Positions 63,400 through 64,000 of a stretch of DNA of 64,000 nt are shown here, one piece after another. The stretch covers positions 247,816,001 to 247,880,000 of the forward strand of contig NC_086097.1 of the NCBI RefSeq assembly GCF_963921235.1. The letters are read 5' to 3'. Position 1 is the first letter of the stretch. Each line of letters opens with the position of its first letter. The DNA comes from Mobula hypostoma. Its lineage: Eukaryota. A program made the position numbers and the translations under genes. Below the pieces are notes generated by a model, which was given only the letters and a program-made list of their open reading frames with translations, had not been told where the DNA came from and did no database searches.

Positions 63400-64000
63400 A
63401 ATTGATAGCTTTGTGGCTAAGTTTGCAGATGACACGAAGATAGGTGTATTGGTAGGTAGTGCTGAGGAAGCAATGTGATTGCTGAAGGACTTAGACAGAT
63501 TGGAAGAATGGACATAAAAGTGGCAGATGGAATACAGTGTTGGGAAATGTAAGATAATTCATTTTGGTAAAAGGAACTAAAGTGCAGATTATTATCTAAA
63601 TGGGGAGAAAATTCAAACATCTTAGGTGCAAAGGGACTTGGGAGTCTTCATGCAAGACTCCCAGAAGGTTAATTTACAGGTTGAGTCTGTGGTAAAGAAG
63701 GGAAATGGAATATTGGCATTTATTTCAAGGGGAATAGAATATAAAAGCAGAGAGATAATGCTGAGGCTTCATAAGACACTAGTCACATCGCACTTGGAGC
63801 ATCATCAACAGTTTTGGGCCCCATATCTCAGAAAGTTTAGAAACATAGAAAATAGGTGCAGGAGTAGGCCATTCAGCCCTTCGAGCCTGCACCGCCATTC
63901 AGTATGATCATGGCTGATCATCCAACTCAGAACCTTGTACCTGCCTTCCCTCCATACCCCCGATTCCTTTAGCCACAAAGGCCATATCTAACTCCCTCTT
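63400..64000. mobile_element. CR1 RT fragment (+, to ~63835) followed by a CR1 3' tail (-)
   Basis: VAKFADDTKIG, QRDLGVFMQDSQKVNLQVESVV, then AGAAACATAGAAAATAGGTGCAGGAGTAGGCCATTC. Confidence 0.85.

Overview
Vertebrate genomic DNA, most likely a cartilaginous fish (ray or shark). This is inferred from dense CR1 LINEs, HE1-like V-SINEs, Rex1-type LINEs and Penelope-like remnants. The only host gene I can support is the 5' end of POU6F2 (class VI POU homeobox factor, RPF-1) on the minus strand. Coding exon 1 is at 58857-58753 (MHGRNPHSAPHKICVMDSNLLAQQDTGTMHAVIGQ) and coding exon 2 is at 30103-29929 (DPMISGQQLSKPLPSLRAEMNAESRGEDKAATSDNELNESLLVPVELNDSEDTPSKLF-G). Splice sites are canonical and the phases are compatible. 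Exon 3 was not found, so intron 2 probably runs off the left edge. A CpG-rich candidate promoter lies at ~59.9-60.5 kb, followed by a 43-bp minisatellite; a 90-bp minisatellite fills bases 1-4100. The introns hold decayed transposons (CR1, Rex1/Babar, RTE, L1, Penelope-like, Tc1, hAT MITEs, SINEs) interleaved with TE-poor blocks that look like conserved non-coding elements. The most notable signal is a dispersed family of Penelope-derived elements carrying minimal hammerhead-ribozyme cores. One young copy is palindromic (76-bp arms, 11-bp target-site duplication) and has its intact core on the POU6F2 sense strand. Most short ORFs in the supplied track are TE fragments or noise. Gene and family assignments rest on recalled sequences and motifs, not on a search, and TE boundaries are approximate.
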